From a virus: a stretch of 64,000 nucleotides of DNA. Both the position numbers and the translations under genes were made by a program. Below the pieces are notes generated by a model. The model saw nothing but the letters and a program-made list of their open reading frames with translations. It ran no database searches and was not told where the DNA came from. The stretch lies in IMG/VR virus record IMGVR_UViG_3300048017_000141. One strand, 5' to 3'. Positions 40,005 to 51,300 of the stretch are shown piece after piece; the stretch's first letter is position 1; every line of letters begins with the position of its first letter.

Positions 40005-42443
40005 ATGATTTATAGCAATAATAATAGTTCTTTTCCTAGCCAGGTAGTACCGGACTCAGAGAAACAAAGCTACGAATACGGAGCAATGGTTGGTAGAGCT
40101 ATTGAAAATGAATGGTTTAGAGGCGATAGAGTTACAGGTGGCGCTGATGGCGTTGGAGGAACCGCTGATAGATGGGGTTCAAATTGGCGTAATTTTCACA
40201 GATTAAGATTATATGCGAGAGGGGAACAATCTATTCAAAAATATAAAGATGAATTATCTATAAACGGCGATTTATCTTATTTGAATTTAGACTGGAAACC
40301 CGTGCCTGTTGTACCTAAGTTTGTTGATATTGTAGTTAATGGTATATCAAGTAAAAATTACGATATAAAAGCATATGCACAAGATCCTGATTCTATAAAG
40401 AAGAAAACAAACTATGCTTCTTCAATATTGGAGGATATGATGGCTAAAGATTTATTGAATGAGATTCAAAACAATCTAGGTGCAAATTTGTATAATACTC
40501 TTGATCCAGCTAATTTACCAGAAGACAAGGAAGAATTAGAAATTAGATTACAGTTAAGCTATAAACAAGAAGTTGAAATTGCTGAGGAAGAAGTTATTAC
40601 TCAAATATTAGACAGGAATAAATATCCATTAATAAACAGAAGATTAAATTACGATCTAGTTACATTGGGTATTGCTGCGACAAAATCAAGTTGGAATAAA
40701 GCTGAAGGTGTAAGGGTTGAATATGTGGACCCTGCTAACTTAGTTTATTCGTATACAGAAGATCCAAACTTTGAAGACATATATTATGTTGGTGAGGTTA
40801 AATCTATTACATTAGAAGAGCTTAAAAAACAATTCCCAAGGTTAAGTAATGAGGAATTAAAAAAGATTGAAAAATTTCCTGGTGATACAAATTACACTAG
40901 AAATTATTATGGGCAAGATTATGATACGCAAAATGTTCAAGTATTATACTTTGAGTACAAAACGTATTCAAATCAAGTCTTTAAAATAAAACAAACGGAT
41001 TTAGGATTAGAGAAGGCATTGGAAAAGAATGATGAATTTAATCCACCGGAAAATGATAACTTTAGCAGAGTATCACGAAGCATAGAGGTTATATATACGG
41101 GAGCAAAAGTTCTAGGGCATGAAGAAATGCTAGAATGGAAATTAGCTGAGAATATGACGCGCCCATACGCTGATACAACTAAAGTTCAAATGAATTATGC
41201 TATTTGTGCGCCAAGAATGTACAAAGGTAGAATTGAATCGCTAGTTAGTAGAATAACAGGATTTGCAGATATGATTCAATTAACACACCTAAAAATACAA
41301 CAAGTATTAGCTAGGCTAGTTCCTGACGGGGTGTTTGTTGACGTTGATGGTTTATCCGAAGTTGATCTTGGTAATGGAACCAATTATAATCCTGCCGAAG
41401 CATTAAATATGTATTTTCAAACAGGTAGTATTGTTGGTAGATCGTTGACACAAGATGGTGATATGAATAGAGCAAAAATACCTATTCAGGAATTACAAAC
41501 TTCATCTGGAGGCGCTAAAATACAATCATTAATACAAACTTATCAGTATTATTTACAAATGATAAGAGATGTAACAGGATTGAATGAAGCAAGAGACGCG
41601 AGTACACCAGATAGAGACGCTTTAGTTGGTTTACAGAAAATGGCTGCAGCTAATTCTAATACAGCTACACGTCATATATTGCAGTCTAGTTTATACTTGA
41701 CATTACGTATATGTGAAAACATATCAAGAAGAGTTGCAGATTCATTGAACTTCCCATTAACAGCTAATTCGTTAATGCAAAGTATTTCTGTTTCATCAGT
41801 TGAAACATTGAGAGAGTTGCAAAATTTAAACTTGCATGATTTTGGCATCTACTTGGAGTTAGAACCAGATGATGAAGAAAGAGCTCAGTTGGAAAACAAC
41901 ATACAAATAGCTCTTCAATCAGGAGGAATAGATTTAGAGGATGCTATTGATCTAAGACAGATAAAGAATATAAAACTTGCTAATCAATCTTTAAAATATA
42001 AGAGAAAGAAGAAACAAGAAAGAGATCAAGCTAATCAACAAGCAAATATACAAGCTCAAGCGCAAGCTAATTCACAATTAGCAAATGAAACAGCTATGGC
42101 AGAAGTTCAAAAACAACAAGCTATTACTGAACAAAAAATACAACTTGAGCAAGCTAAGTTACAATTAGAGTTACAGAAAATGCAACAAGAAGCTTTATTG
42201 AAAAAGCAACTTATGGCAGAAGAATTCAGTTACAATATGCAACTAGCTCAAATCCAATCTCAACAGTTTAAAACAAAAATAGATTCGTTAGAGGATAGGA
42301 AAGATCAGAGAGTAAAAATGCAAGCTACACAACAGTCTGAATTAATTGACCAAAGACAAAATAAAACATTGCCTAAAGATTTTGAATCAGCTGGGTTTGA
42401 CAATCTCAGTGGGTTTGGGTTAGAACAATTCGAGCCAAAATAA
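40005..42443 (+). CDS. Portal protein
   Basis: 812 aa between TerL and the scaffold, with a Gln-rich coiled C-terminus. Confidence 0.7.
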   Translation: MIYSNNNSSFPSQVVPDSEKQSYEYGAMVGRAIENEWFRGDRVTGGADGVGGTADRWGSNWRNFHRLRLYARGEQSIQKYKDELSINGDLSYLNLDWKPVPVVPKFVDIVVNGISSKNYDIKAYAQDPDSIKKKTNYASSILEDMMAKDLLNEIQNNLGANLYNTLDPANLPEDKEELEIRLQLSYKQEVEIAEEEVITQILDRNKYPLINRRLNYDLVTLGIAATKSSWNKAEGVRVEYVDPANLVYSYTEDPNFEDIYYVGEVKSITLEELKKQFPRLSNEELKKIEKFPGDTNYTRNYYGQDYDTQNVQVLYFEYKTYSNQVFKIKQTDLGLEKALEKNDEFNPPENDNFSRVSRSIEVIYTGAKVLGHEEMLEWKLAENMTRPYADTTKVQMNYAICAPRMYKGRIESLVSRITGFADMIQLTHLKIQQVLARLVPDGVFVDVDGLSEVDLGNGTNYNPAEALNMYFQTGSIVGRSLTQDGDMNRAKIPIQELQTSSGGAKIQSLIQTYQYYLQMIRDVTGLNEARDASTPDRDALVGLQKMAAANSNTATRHILQSSLYLTLRICENISRRVADSLNFPLTANSLMQSISVSSVETLRELQNLNLHDFGIYLELEPDDEERAQLENNIQIALQSGGIDLEDAIDLRQIKNIKLANQSLKYKRKKKQERDQANQQANIQAQAQANSQLANETAMAEVQKQQAITEQKIQLEQAKLQLELQKMQQEALLKKQLMAEEFSYNMQLAQIQSQQFKTKIDSLEDRKDQRVKMQATQQSELIDQRQNKTLPKDFESAGFDNLSGFGLEQFEPK

Positions 42444-42474
42444 TAGCATACAATCAATTATATAATATTTTATC

Positions 42475-43641
42475 ATGGAACAAGTAGTAAAACAAGAAGG
42501 AGACTTTAAACTTAAAAAAGTTAAAGTGCCTACAATAAAAAAACCTTTGTCAAATGAAGTAGCGAAGGTTGATTTCTCAACTAAGAAAGAAGAAGAAAAT
42601 GCCATTCAAGAGTCAGAAACAAATGAGAGCGTGTTACAGCCAGAACAATCCAAATTGGGATTGCAAGAAGTGGAGCAAGGGAACACCAAACAAGAAGTCA
42701 TTACCTCTGGTATTGAAGAAAACCAAGAAGTAACTGTAATAACTATCAAGCAGGATCCTGAAGAGATCGTAGAGCAAAAAGAGATAGTAGAGCAAATACA
42801 GAATGAGGTCATTCAAAAGCAAATTGATTTGCCAGAGAATGTAGAAAAATTGGTCTCATTTATGCAAGAAACTGGAGGGTCGGTTGAGGATTATGTAAGA
42901 CTAAACACGGATTACTCATCAGTTGCACCAGAAGCATTGTTAAAAGAATACTACAAGAAGACAAAACCGCATCTTGACCAAGATGAGATTGATTTCTTTA
43001 TGGATGAAACATTTGCGTATGATGAGGATGAGGATGATGAAAGAGAAATAAAAAGAAAAAGAATAGCGTTTAAAGAAGAAGTTGGCAAAGCTAAAGGATT
43101 CCTAGAAGACCTTAAGGGTAAATACTATGAAGAAATAAAAGCTAGACCCGTTGTCAATGCGGATCAACAAAAAGCCAGCGATTTTTTTAATCGATACAAT
43201 AAAGATCAACAAGCAGTAGAGCAAAAGCACAATGCGTTTAGAGACTCCACCAAAAGATTTTTTACCCAAGAATTCGAAGGTTTCGATTTCAAAGCTGGGG
43301 ATAAAAGTTTCAAATTAAGTCTACCAAATGCAGAAAGTGTTGCCGATAAGCAATCTAATATTACAAACCTACTTAAGAAGTTCTTAAATGATGATGGTGA
43401 TGTAGTTGATATGAAGGGTTATCATAAAGCTATGTATGCTGCTGAAAACGCTGATACTTTAGCAAGCCATTTTTACGAGCAAGGCAAAGCCGATGCTATA
43501 AAGGATATGCTAGCAAAATCTAATAATATTTCAACCGAGCCTAGAAAAACTACGAGCGGAGAAATATTTGTTAATGGATTTAAAGTAAAAGCAATAAATG
43601 GTGTTGATTCCACCAAATTAAGAATAAAAAGTAAATTTTAA
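42475..43641 (+). CDS. Scaffolding protein
   Basis: Acidic, Glu/Gln-rich and low-complexity. It lies between the portal and capsid genes. Confidence 0.55.
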   Translation: MEQVVKQEGDFKLKKVKVPTIKKPLSNEVAKVDFSTKKEEENAIQESETNESVLQPEQSKLGLQEVEQGNTKQEVITSGIEENQEVTVITIKQDPEEIVEQKEIVEQIQNEVIQKQIDLPENVEKLVSFMQETGGSVEDYVRLNTDYSSVAPEALLKEYYKKTKPHLDQDEIDFFMDETFAYDEDEDDEREIKRKRIAFKEEVGKAKGFLEDLKGKYYEEIKARPVVNADQQKASDFFNRYNKDQQAVEQKHNAFRDSTKRFFTQEFEGFDFKAGDKSFKLSLPNAESVADKQSNITNLLKKFLNDDGDVVDMKGYHKAMYAAENADTLASHFYEQGKADAIKDMLAKSNNISTEPRKTTSGEIFVNGFKVKAINGVDSTKLRIKSKF

Positions 43642-43662
43642 CAAAAAAACAAAAAACAAATT

Positions 43663-45141
43663 ATGAGTACAGTTGCTCCTACTTTTGGTTCTATTAAGCC
43701 GTCTCAGAAACAGCAAGCTTTAGAAACAAATTATTTAAACTTTACGGATCCAAACAACGCGGATTTCGTATCATTTGCACAACAATATTTACCTGAAATC
43801 TACGAAAATGAAGTAGAGCGTTACGGAAACAGAACATTATCTGGATTCTTGCGTATGGTTGGTGCAGAAATGCCAATGAACTCTGATCAGGTTATTTGGT
43901 CAGAACAAAATAGATTACACGTTGCTTACACGGGTGTTAACGTTGTTAGTGCTGCAGGTAACACATTATTGATCGAAGCTGATTTAACTCCAGCTGTTCC
44001 TACTGATTATGTAGCAAACGTTATTTCTAAAAACCAAACGATTGTTATTATGAATCCTGCTACAGGACTAGAGGTTAAAGCTATTGTTACTCTTTCTGGA
44101 GCTAATGATACATCTTCTGATGCTGCAAACGGTGCTTTAACAGTTGCTCCTTATACCGCTGCAACATTAGCTGCTGCTGGATTTACTGATGGAATGGACG
44201 ACTTAAAAATCTTCGTTTATGGTTCAGAATATCCAAAAGGATCTACTTTAACAGGAGATGACTACACAAGTATTCAACCTTCATTTACTCAATTTTCTAA
44301 CTCTCCAGTTATTATCCGTAATAAATATGCGGTTAATGGATCTGATACAGCTCAAATTGGATGGGTTAATATTGCTACAGAAGATGGAGCAGATGGTTTC
44401 TACTGGTATTTAAAAGCAGAATCTGAAACAAGATTACGTTTTGAAGACTATTTAGAAATGACTGTTGTTGAGGGTGAATTAGCTACCACTGGATCTGCTG
44501 CTGCAGCTGCTGGTAAAAAAGGTACTCAAGGTTTCTTCTCTGCTGTAGAAGATAGAGGTAATGTATTAAATAACTTTACTGCTGCTACAGGATTAGCTGA
44601 CTTTGATACTATCTTGAAAAACTTAGATACTCAAGGAGCTATTGAAGAAAATATGTTGTTTGTTAACCGTCAATTATCTTTGGATTTTGATGATATGCTA
44701 GCTTCTTTATCTTCTGGTGCTGCTGGTGGTGTTGCTTACGGTTTATTTGAAAACTCAGCTGAAATGGCATTGAACTTAGGATTCTCTGGATTCAGAAGAG
44801 GTTCTTATGACTTCTACAAAACTGACTGGAAATACTTGAATGACGCATCTACTCGTGGAGCTATGACAGGTGTTGGAAGTTCAATTGAAGGAGTTTTAGT
44901 ACCAGCTGGTACATCTACAGTTTACGATCAAATCTTAGGAACTAACATCCGTAGACCATTCTTACACGTACGTTATAGAGCTGCACAAGCTGATGACCGT
45001 AGAATGAAATCTTGGGTAACTGGTTCTGTTGGAGGTGCTTACACATCTGATTTGGATGCAATGGAGGTACACTTCTTATCTGAAAGATGTTTATGTGTAC
45101 AAGGAGCTAATAACTTTGTGTTATTTACTGCTTCAGCATAA
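43663..45141 (+). CDS. Major capsid protein
   Basis: 492 aa, placed after the scaffold gene. A strong intrinsic terminator follows directly downstream. Confidence 0.7.
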   Translation: MSTVAPTFGSIKPSQKQQALETNYLNFTDPNNADFVSFAQQYLPEIYENEVERYGNRTLSGFLRMVGAEMPMNSDQVIWSEQNRLHVAYTGVNVVSAAGNTLLIEADLTPAVPTDYVANVISKNQTIVIMNPATGLEVKAIVTLSGANDTSSDAANGALTVAPYTAATLAAAGFTDGMDDLKIFVYGSEYPKGSTLTGDDYTSIQPSFTQFSNSPVIIRNKYAVNGSDTAQIGWVNIATEDGADGFYWYLKAESETRLRFEDYLEMTVVEGELATTGSAAAAAGKKGTQGFFSAVEDRGNVLNNFTAATGLADFDTILKNLDTQGAIEENMLFVNRQLSLDFDDMLASLSSGAAGGVAYGLFENSAEMALNLGFSGFRRGSYDFYKTDWKYLNDASTRGAMTGVGSSIEGVLVPAGTSTVYDQILGTNIRRPFLHVRYRAAQADDRRMKSWVTGSVGGAYTSDLDAMEVHFLSERCLCVQGANNFVLFTASA

Positions 45142-45161
45142 GACTAAACTAAATGTAAATT

Positions 45162-45193
45162 TTACCCTCGTTGTACTGACGGGGGTAATTTTT
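45162..45193 (+). terminator. Intrinsic terminator after the capsid gene
   Basis: TTACCCTCG pairs with CGGGGGTAA (9 bp including one G-U) around a 9-nt loop, followed by TTTTT. Confidence 0.7.
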
Positions 45194-45235
45194 ACTCTTT
45201 TACATTATTAAAAAATTATTAAATTATATTATATT

Positions 45236-46144
45236 ATGGCAATATCAAAAGCGCAAACAAGTGCAAAAGCACCTGTTAGAAAAGAAGTAACTACAAAAGC
45301 AGAAGCTCCAGTTAAAACAATCGATGATTGGATTGTTGAAAACGAGTATGAAGAAAAAGTAGTTGAACAACCAAGAATTGAAACAAAAAAACAAGCAGAA
45401 GTTAAGCTTGATTGGGAAGTAAAAGATAGAACTTATTTATTAATCGGCCCACATTCACCATTAACATATACTTTACCCTCAAGACATACTAGTAGATTTC
45501 CTCTATTATGGTTTGATAAAGAGACAGGTGACCAAAAAGAACTTAGATATGCAACTAACCAGAATTCTGTATTTGTTGATGAACAAAAAGGAGAAGCTAC
45601 GTTAGGACATATTATTATAAAAAATGGTAGTTTGTTTGTACCAAAAGAAAAACAAAATTTGCAAAAGTTGCTTTCTTTATACCATCCAGCATTGAATAAA
45701 AAATATAAAGAGTTTGATCCTGTTTCTACAGCTACTGACGATTTAGACGACATGGATGTACAATTGGATGCAATGAATGCAGCAAGAGAAATGGATATTG
45801 ATCAAGCAGAAGCTATATTAAGAGTTGAAATTGGCTCTAAGGTTTCAAAAATGACATCAAAAGAAATTAAGCGTGACTTAATGTTGTTTGCGAGAAAGAA
45901 TCCATACCTATTTATAGAATTAGCTAATGACGATAACGTACAATTAAGAAACGTAGCAATCAGAGCTGTTGAGATGGGAATAATTAGTTTATCACAGGAC
46001 CAGAGAACATTCTTCTGGGCATCGAACAATAGAAAGTTGATGACAGTACCTTTTGATGAAAATCCGTATTCAGCTATGGCCGCGTTCTTTAAAACAGACG
46101 AAGGTATCGAAATCTTCAGATCTATAGAGAAAAAATTAGATTAA
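45236..46144 (+). CDS. Hypothetical virion protein
   Basis: 302-aa ORF. Confidence 0.6.
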   Translation: MAISKAQTSAKAPVRKEVTTKAEAPVKTIDDWIVENEYEEKVVEQPRIETKKQAEVKLDWEVKDRTYLLIGPHSPLTYTLPSRHTSRFPLLWFDKETGDQKELRYATNQNSVFVDEQKGEATLGHIIIKNGSLFVPKEKQNLQKLLSLYHPALNKKYKEFDPVSTATDDLDDMDVQLDAMNAAREMDIDQAEAILRVEIGSKVSKMTSKEIKRDLMLFARKNPYLFIELANDDNVQLRNVAIRAVEMGIISLSQDQRTFFWASNNRKLMTVPFDENPYSAMAAFFKTDEGIEIFRSIEKKLD

Positions 46145-46168
46145 TACGTAATAATAGTAATATAAAAG

Positions 46169-46192
46169 CGGCAGTATTACGTAATACTGCCG
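46169..46192 (+). terminator. Perfect 24-nt palindrome (CGGCAGTATTAC/GTAATACTGCCG)
   Basis: Read directly from the sequence. It is followed by an AT-rich tract without a clean T run. Confidence 0.5.
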
Positions 46193-46219
46193 ATTATATA
46201 TTATAACAAAATAAACAAA

Positions 46220-47143
46220 ATGGCAATAAACGTAGATACAGTTTACAAAACCGTTTTATTAATACTTAATAAAGAACAAAGGGGGTATATGACTCCTGAT
46301 GAATTTAATAAAACAGCTACACAAGTACAACTTGAAATTTTTGGATCTTATTTTGATGATCTTAATCAACAACTTAGGATTCCAGATAATGACAGCGAAT
46401 ATGCTGATAGAATTAAAAATCTAGATGAGCAACTCGCAGTGTTCAAAACTGTAGGTGATTGTGAATATGTACAAAACGGATTATGGGATTTGCCTACTTC
46501 CTCAGGTTCAACTGTTTATTCAGAGCCTGCTATAACTGCCGTTATTGGCACACAAAACTACAATCTTTCTGTATTAACACAAGCTCAAATCCAAAATGGA
46601 TTAGTAAAAGTATACTTTGACGGTGTTCTACAATCTCCTACCCAATACTCTATTAATGGGACTACCTTAATATTAACAGCTATTCCAACAACCACGTTTA
46701 CGATAACAGTTTTTGTCGTAGCAAATGATTTCTTTAGATTAGGCACGGTAATATACGACAATGAAATTGAAGTACAAAGAATACAAAGAAACAACTTATT
46801 ATATGTAAATAAGTCTCCATTAACAAAACCAACAACCAAATATCCTTTGTATGTATATGAGGAGGAAAAACTATATGTATACCCAACAACTATAACAACA
46901 GGGGTTTCTGTATCGTATGTTAGAAAGCCTAAGGATGTTATATGGAATTTTACAGCAACTGCCCCTTATTATACTTATGTGTATAACCCAAACACATCAC
47001 AGCAATTTGAATTAATGCCATCTGAGCAAATAAATGTAATAACTAAAATATTACTTTACTCAGGCGTGATAATAAAAGATCCACAGGTAATCCAAGTTGC
47101 AGCATCGCAAATTCAAGCAGAACAAGCAAATTCAAAAAATTAA
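46220..47143 (+). CDS. Virion structural protein (putative)
   Basis: 307-aa ORF in the structural block. Confidence 0.6.
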   Translation: MAINVDTVYKTVLLILNKEQRGYMTPDEFNKTATQVQLEIFGSYFDDLNQQLRIPDNDSEYADRIKNLDEQLAVFKTVGDCEYVQNGLWDLPTSSGSTVYSEPAITAVIGTQNYNLSVLTQAQIQNGLVKVYFDGVLQSPTQYSINGTTLILTAIPTTTFTITVFVVANDFFRLGTVIYDNEIEVQRIQRNNLLYVNKSPLTKPTTKYPLYVYEEEKLYVYPTTITTGVSVSYVRKPKDVIWNFTATAPYYTYVYNPNTSQQFELMPSEQINVITKILLYSGVIIKDPQVIQVAASQIQAEQANSKN

Positions 47144-47149
47144 TAGCAA

Positions 47150-48373
47150 ATGGCATTTCCAAATGGCGGTTTGATAACCGAAACTAATAGACAATATTAC
47201 GCTGGATCCCAAGGATTTCAAGTTGAAAATATAGATGGCCAATCGGCTTTTACATTCACTTTTAATACCGAGTTGTATTTAGGTAGTGAGTTTGCCTGGA
47301 ACCCAGATGATGCGGGTTATGCTCTAAATAACTTTAAATTATATACTAGCCCTAATGGGGTAGACTTTACAGAATACCTATTCCCTTATACTCTAAGCAA
47401 TAATGTAATCACTTTAGAGAGTCCGTTAGATTTTGGTGAATGTATTGTCGTTCAGTTAAAAACACTAGAAGGTGGTAACTACGGAGACTATGATGCTTAT
47501 GGAACTACTGTAGAGAATAATTATGGCGGTTATGAATATGTATCATTAGACGATGTTATCAACAACTTTATAGTAGCTTATGTTGGATCCGGTAAATTAA
47601 TATCTGACGTCAAAAGAACAGATGTATTATTTCACGCTAAAAGAGGATTGCAAGAGTTTAGCTATGATACATTGAAAAGTGTAAAGTCGCAAGAATTAAC
47701 AATTCCACCAAGTCTGAGTATCATATTACCACAAGATTATGTTAACTATGTAAAAGTATGCTGGATAGATAAACAAGGAATTAAACATCCTATTTACCCT
47801 ACATCATTGACGGTTAATCCATCTGAAGTTCCTTTGCAAGATAATATTGGACAACCAATGCAGAGTAGTTATGACGATAACTTAGAGGGGACATCAATTA
47901 CGGAAACTAGATTTAATAGTAAGCAGAATGGCGAATTACTAAATCTATTAAATGGAACATATACACCAGATGGCTCTGGTAACTGGGGATATAATAATGG
48001 TTACTATGGTAGACAATATGGTTTAGATCCACAATATGCAAACTTTAATGGTACATTTACTATTAATAGCGCTCAAGGAAAAATGTCGTTCTCAAGTGAC
48101 CTAGTTGGTATGTTAATTGTATTAGAATATATATCTGATGGATTAGCTTACGAACTAGACAGCAAAGTACCTAAAATGGCGGAAGAGGCTATGTATGCGC
48201 ATATATTGCATGCTATAATCTCTACTAGAGCTAATCAGCCAGAATATTTAGTACAAAGATTGAAAAAAGAACGAAGTGCAAAATTAAGAAATGCCAAAAT
48301 AAGATTATCTAATATTAAGCTTGAGGAATTCACGCAGGTTATGAGAGGTAAATCAAAATGGATTAAACACTAA
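47150..48373 (+). CDS. Virion structural protein (putative)
   Basis: 407-aa ORF. Confidence 0.6.
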   Translation: MAFPNGGLITETNRQYYAGSQGFQVENIDGQSAFTFTFNTELYLGSEFAWNPDDAGYALNNFKLYTSPNGVDFTEYLFPYTLSNNVITLESPLDFGECIVVQLKTLEGGNYGDYDAYGTTVENNYGGYEYVSLDDVINNFIVAYVGSGKLISDVKRTDVLFHAKRGLQEFSYDTLKSVKSQELTIPPSLSIILPQDYVNYVKVCWIDKQGIKHPIYPTSLTVNPSEVPLQDNIGQPMQSSYDDNLEGTSITETRFNSKQNGELLNLLNGTYTPDGSGNWGYNNGYYGRQYGLDPQYANFNGTFTINSAQGKMSFSSDLVGMLIVLEYISDGLAYELDSKVPKMAEEAMYAHILHAIISTRANQPEYLVQRLKKERSAKLRNAKIRLSNIKLEEFTQVMRGKSKWIKH

Positions 48374-48379
48374 AATTAA

Positions 48380-51300
48380 ATGGCAGAAGTTAAAAATAGT
48401 TTTCTAAAGTCTAGAATGAATCAAGACTTAGATGATCGACTTATCCCAAATGGAGAGTATAGATACGCTAGTAACATTTCCGTAGGTAAATCCGAGGCGG
48501 ATGATATTGGCGCATTGGAAAATGTTTTAGGTAATGAAAAATTACCTTTAACTGTTTATAGTAGTGAGAGTGGTATAGAATGTATTGGTAGTTTTATGGA
48601 CAATCAAAACAATAGGATATATCAATTTCTAACTGATTATGAAGATACAGGTGATTCAGAACCTACTGATGCTAATTTTATGCAAATAACCGTATACGAT
48701 TTAGGTTCTACTTTATCTTATAGCGTATTAGTAAGCGGTGTATTTTTAAATTTTGCAAAAAACAAGGAATTCAAAATAACAGGAGTAAATCTTATAGAAG
48801 GATTATTGTTCTGGACTGATAATAGAAACCAGCCGCGAAAAATCAATATTCAAAGAGCATTAGATAATCCAAATTATTATACAAACGAAACTCAAATATC
48901 TGTAGCTAAGTATTCGCCAGTTGACCCTATATCCTTATACAGAAAAATAGAAGGGACAGTTGATACAGTTACTTCTACTACTGAAATAGTTTTAGCTGAC
49001 GCAACCGGAATTACAGCGGGTATGACAGTTGTCTCAAATACAATAGCTGGATCAGAATACATACTAGTTATAAGTGTTGATGTAAACACGGTTTACTTAT
49101 ACAGCGCTCCTTCAACCGCAATTATAGCTGGTGATGTTTTAACATTCTTAGGTTCAACCATGAGTGATAAGTCAAATGACATTAACTGGCCGGGTGATCC
49201 AAACTTTCTAGAAGACAAGTATGTAAGATTTAGCTATCGATTTAGATACGACGATAACGAGTACTCATTAATGGCGCCGTTTACACAGATCGCATATATA
49301 CCTAAGCAAAAAGGTTTTTTTATTGATGGCAATGAAACGGATGCTTATAGAAGTACAATCATTAATTGGTTTGAGAATAACATTAATAACATCGAGTTAT
49401 TAGTGCCTTTACCAGATAGTGCAAATAATATAGCTAATTCTTACAAAATAACAGAATTAGACGTATTGTATAAAGAATCAGATTCTACAGCTGTAAAGGT
49501 GTTAGAAACGATCCCAGTGCAATCTATAGCAGCTAAGTCTGGTGTATCAAATGTATTTATACAACCATACCAATCTCAAAAGCCATATAAGACTCTTTCA
49601 GAAGATCAAACTGTACGAGTATATGATAGAGTTCCAGTTAGAGCAAAAGCTCAAGAGACAGCTGGTAATAGAATAATTTACGGTAACTACTTTGATAAGT
49701 ATACTCCACCGTCAACAATAAATTATAATACAACAATACAACCAAAGTCTGATATAAATACAAATTTTATTGAGTATCCAAATCATACGCTAAAACAAAA
49801 TAGAAATTACCAAGTAGGTTTTGTATTGTCCGATAAATTTGGAAGACAATCTCCTGTTATATTATCTACTGTTGATGATTTAACTGTAACTTCCGGAGAC
49901 ACAAGCTTCGGTGGTTCAACTGTATATTCAAAATACGATATATATGAAGAGACCGTTAGAAGTTGGTTTGGTAATGCCTTAATACTAATAGTGAACAGCC
50001 CAATCACTTCCGAGAAAGATTTATCAGCTGGTACACCGGGATTATATGCAACCCCCACTAATAGTTTAGGTTTTGTAATATCGGAAGGATATATAAGCGG
50101 GAACGAATACACATTCACAATTGATGAGGATTATATAGGCACTGACTTTAAACCAGAAGTTGGTGATTGGATGAGAGGATCGCTGACAGACTATGTTGAA
50201 GTAACTGATGTACAACCTGGAGGATTCTTAGGACAATGGATTGTTACCACTACAGGTCCAGTGAATTTTATATATGAATATCAAGACTTAGGCGTTGGTG
50301 TTCCTGATACAAAATTTGCTTATACAATAAATCCGATTGGATGGTATTCTTACAAAGTGGTTGTTAGACAACAACAACAAGATTATTATAATGTATACCT
50401 ACCAGGTATGCTTAACGGATACCCTGTTGCGCAAACTTACGGGTCACAAGTTTCCTATTCAGGCGGGGTCGCTTCGTTGGAAAACGGAATAAATACCACT
50501 AGTTTTCCAGTAGGAGAAACAAATAAAACGGCTCACGTTGTTTTAATAAACGACAATATAAATAAAGTACCTAGAGATTTATCTGAAGTAGGCCCTGATC
50601 AAAAGCAATATAGAAGTAGCGTGCAATTGTACGGCCGAGTAGAGAATGTAGCTGATACAAGCATTACTATAACCGGGCATACACCTAGTTTTAGTTCTAT
50701 AACCAACACAATAACTTATGATGCTGGCGACCCTGACTATGCCCTTGTAAAACCCGGAGACGGAATCCAATGCGCGCAAGCCACTACCACTCTATGGTAT
50801 GCAAATACAGTTGTTGTATCAAATGAAGTTGTTGGAACAGTTGGAACAATAACCTTTGAGCCGGCTAATCCAGTATTAGGATCAACACCTGGTCCTGCTT
50901 ATGTGACATTCCCAATAACTAGAGCGGAAAATAAACAATATTATCCGACTAGAAAAGCTGACACAGTTACATCGATAGCATCGGCTAATGAGTTTAATTT
51001 TTTAAGCAATACAGTTGACAATATAAGAGGAACATCTGGGCTTAATTTTTATCAATTGCAGAATAAACCTTTAATAGGTAGAATATCGACAGTAGATAGA
51101 ATAGGTACGGTAGCAGAAGATATGATACCTTTCTTAAGTATATACGAAACAGCTGCGGATGAATCTTTATTAGATTTATTTTGGGAGACTTCAACTACTG
51201 GCCTTATATCTGATTTGAATGCGGATGTTAGTACAGGATATGATGGTCCTATTGGGTTTACAACAATAAATTACGATCATAGTGAATCATTGCCTGGTGT

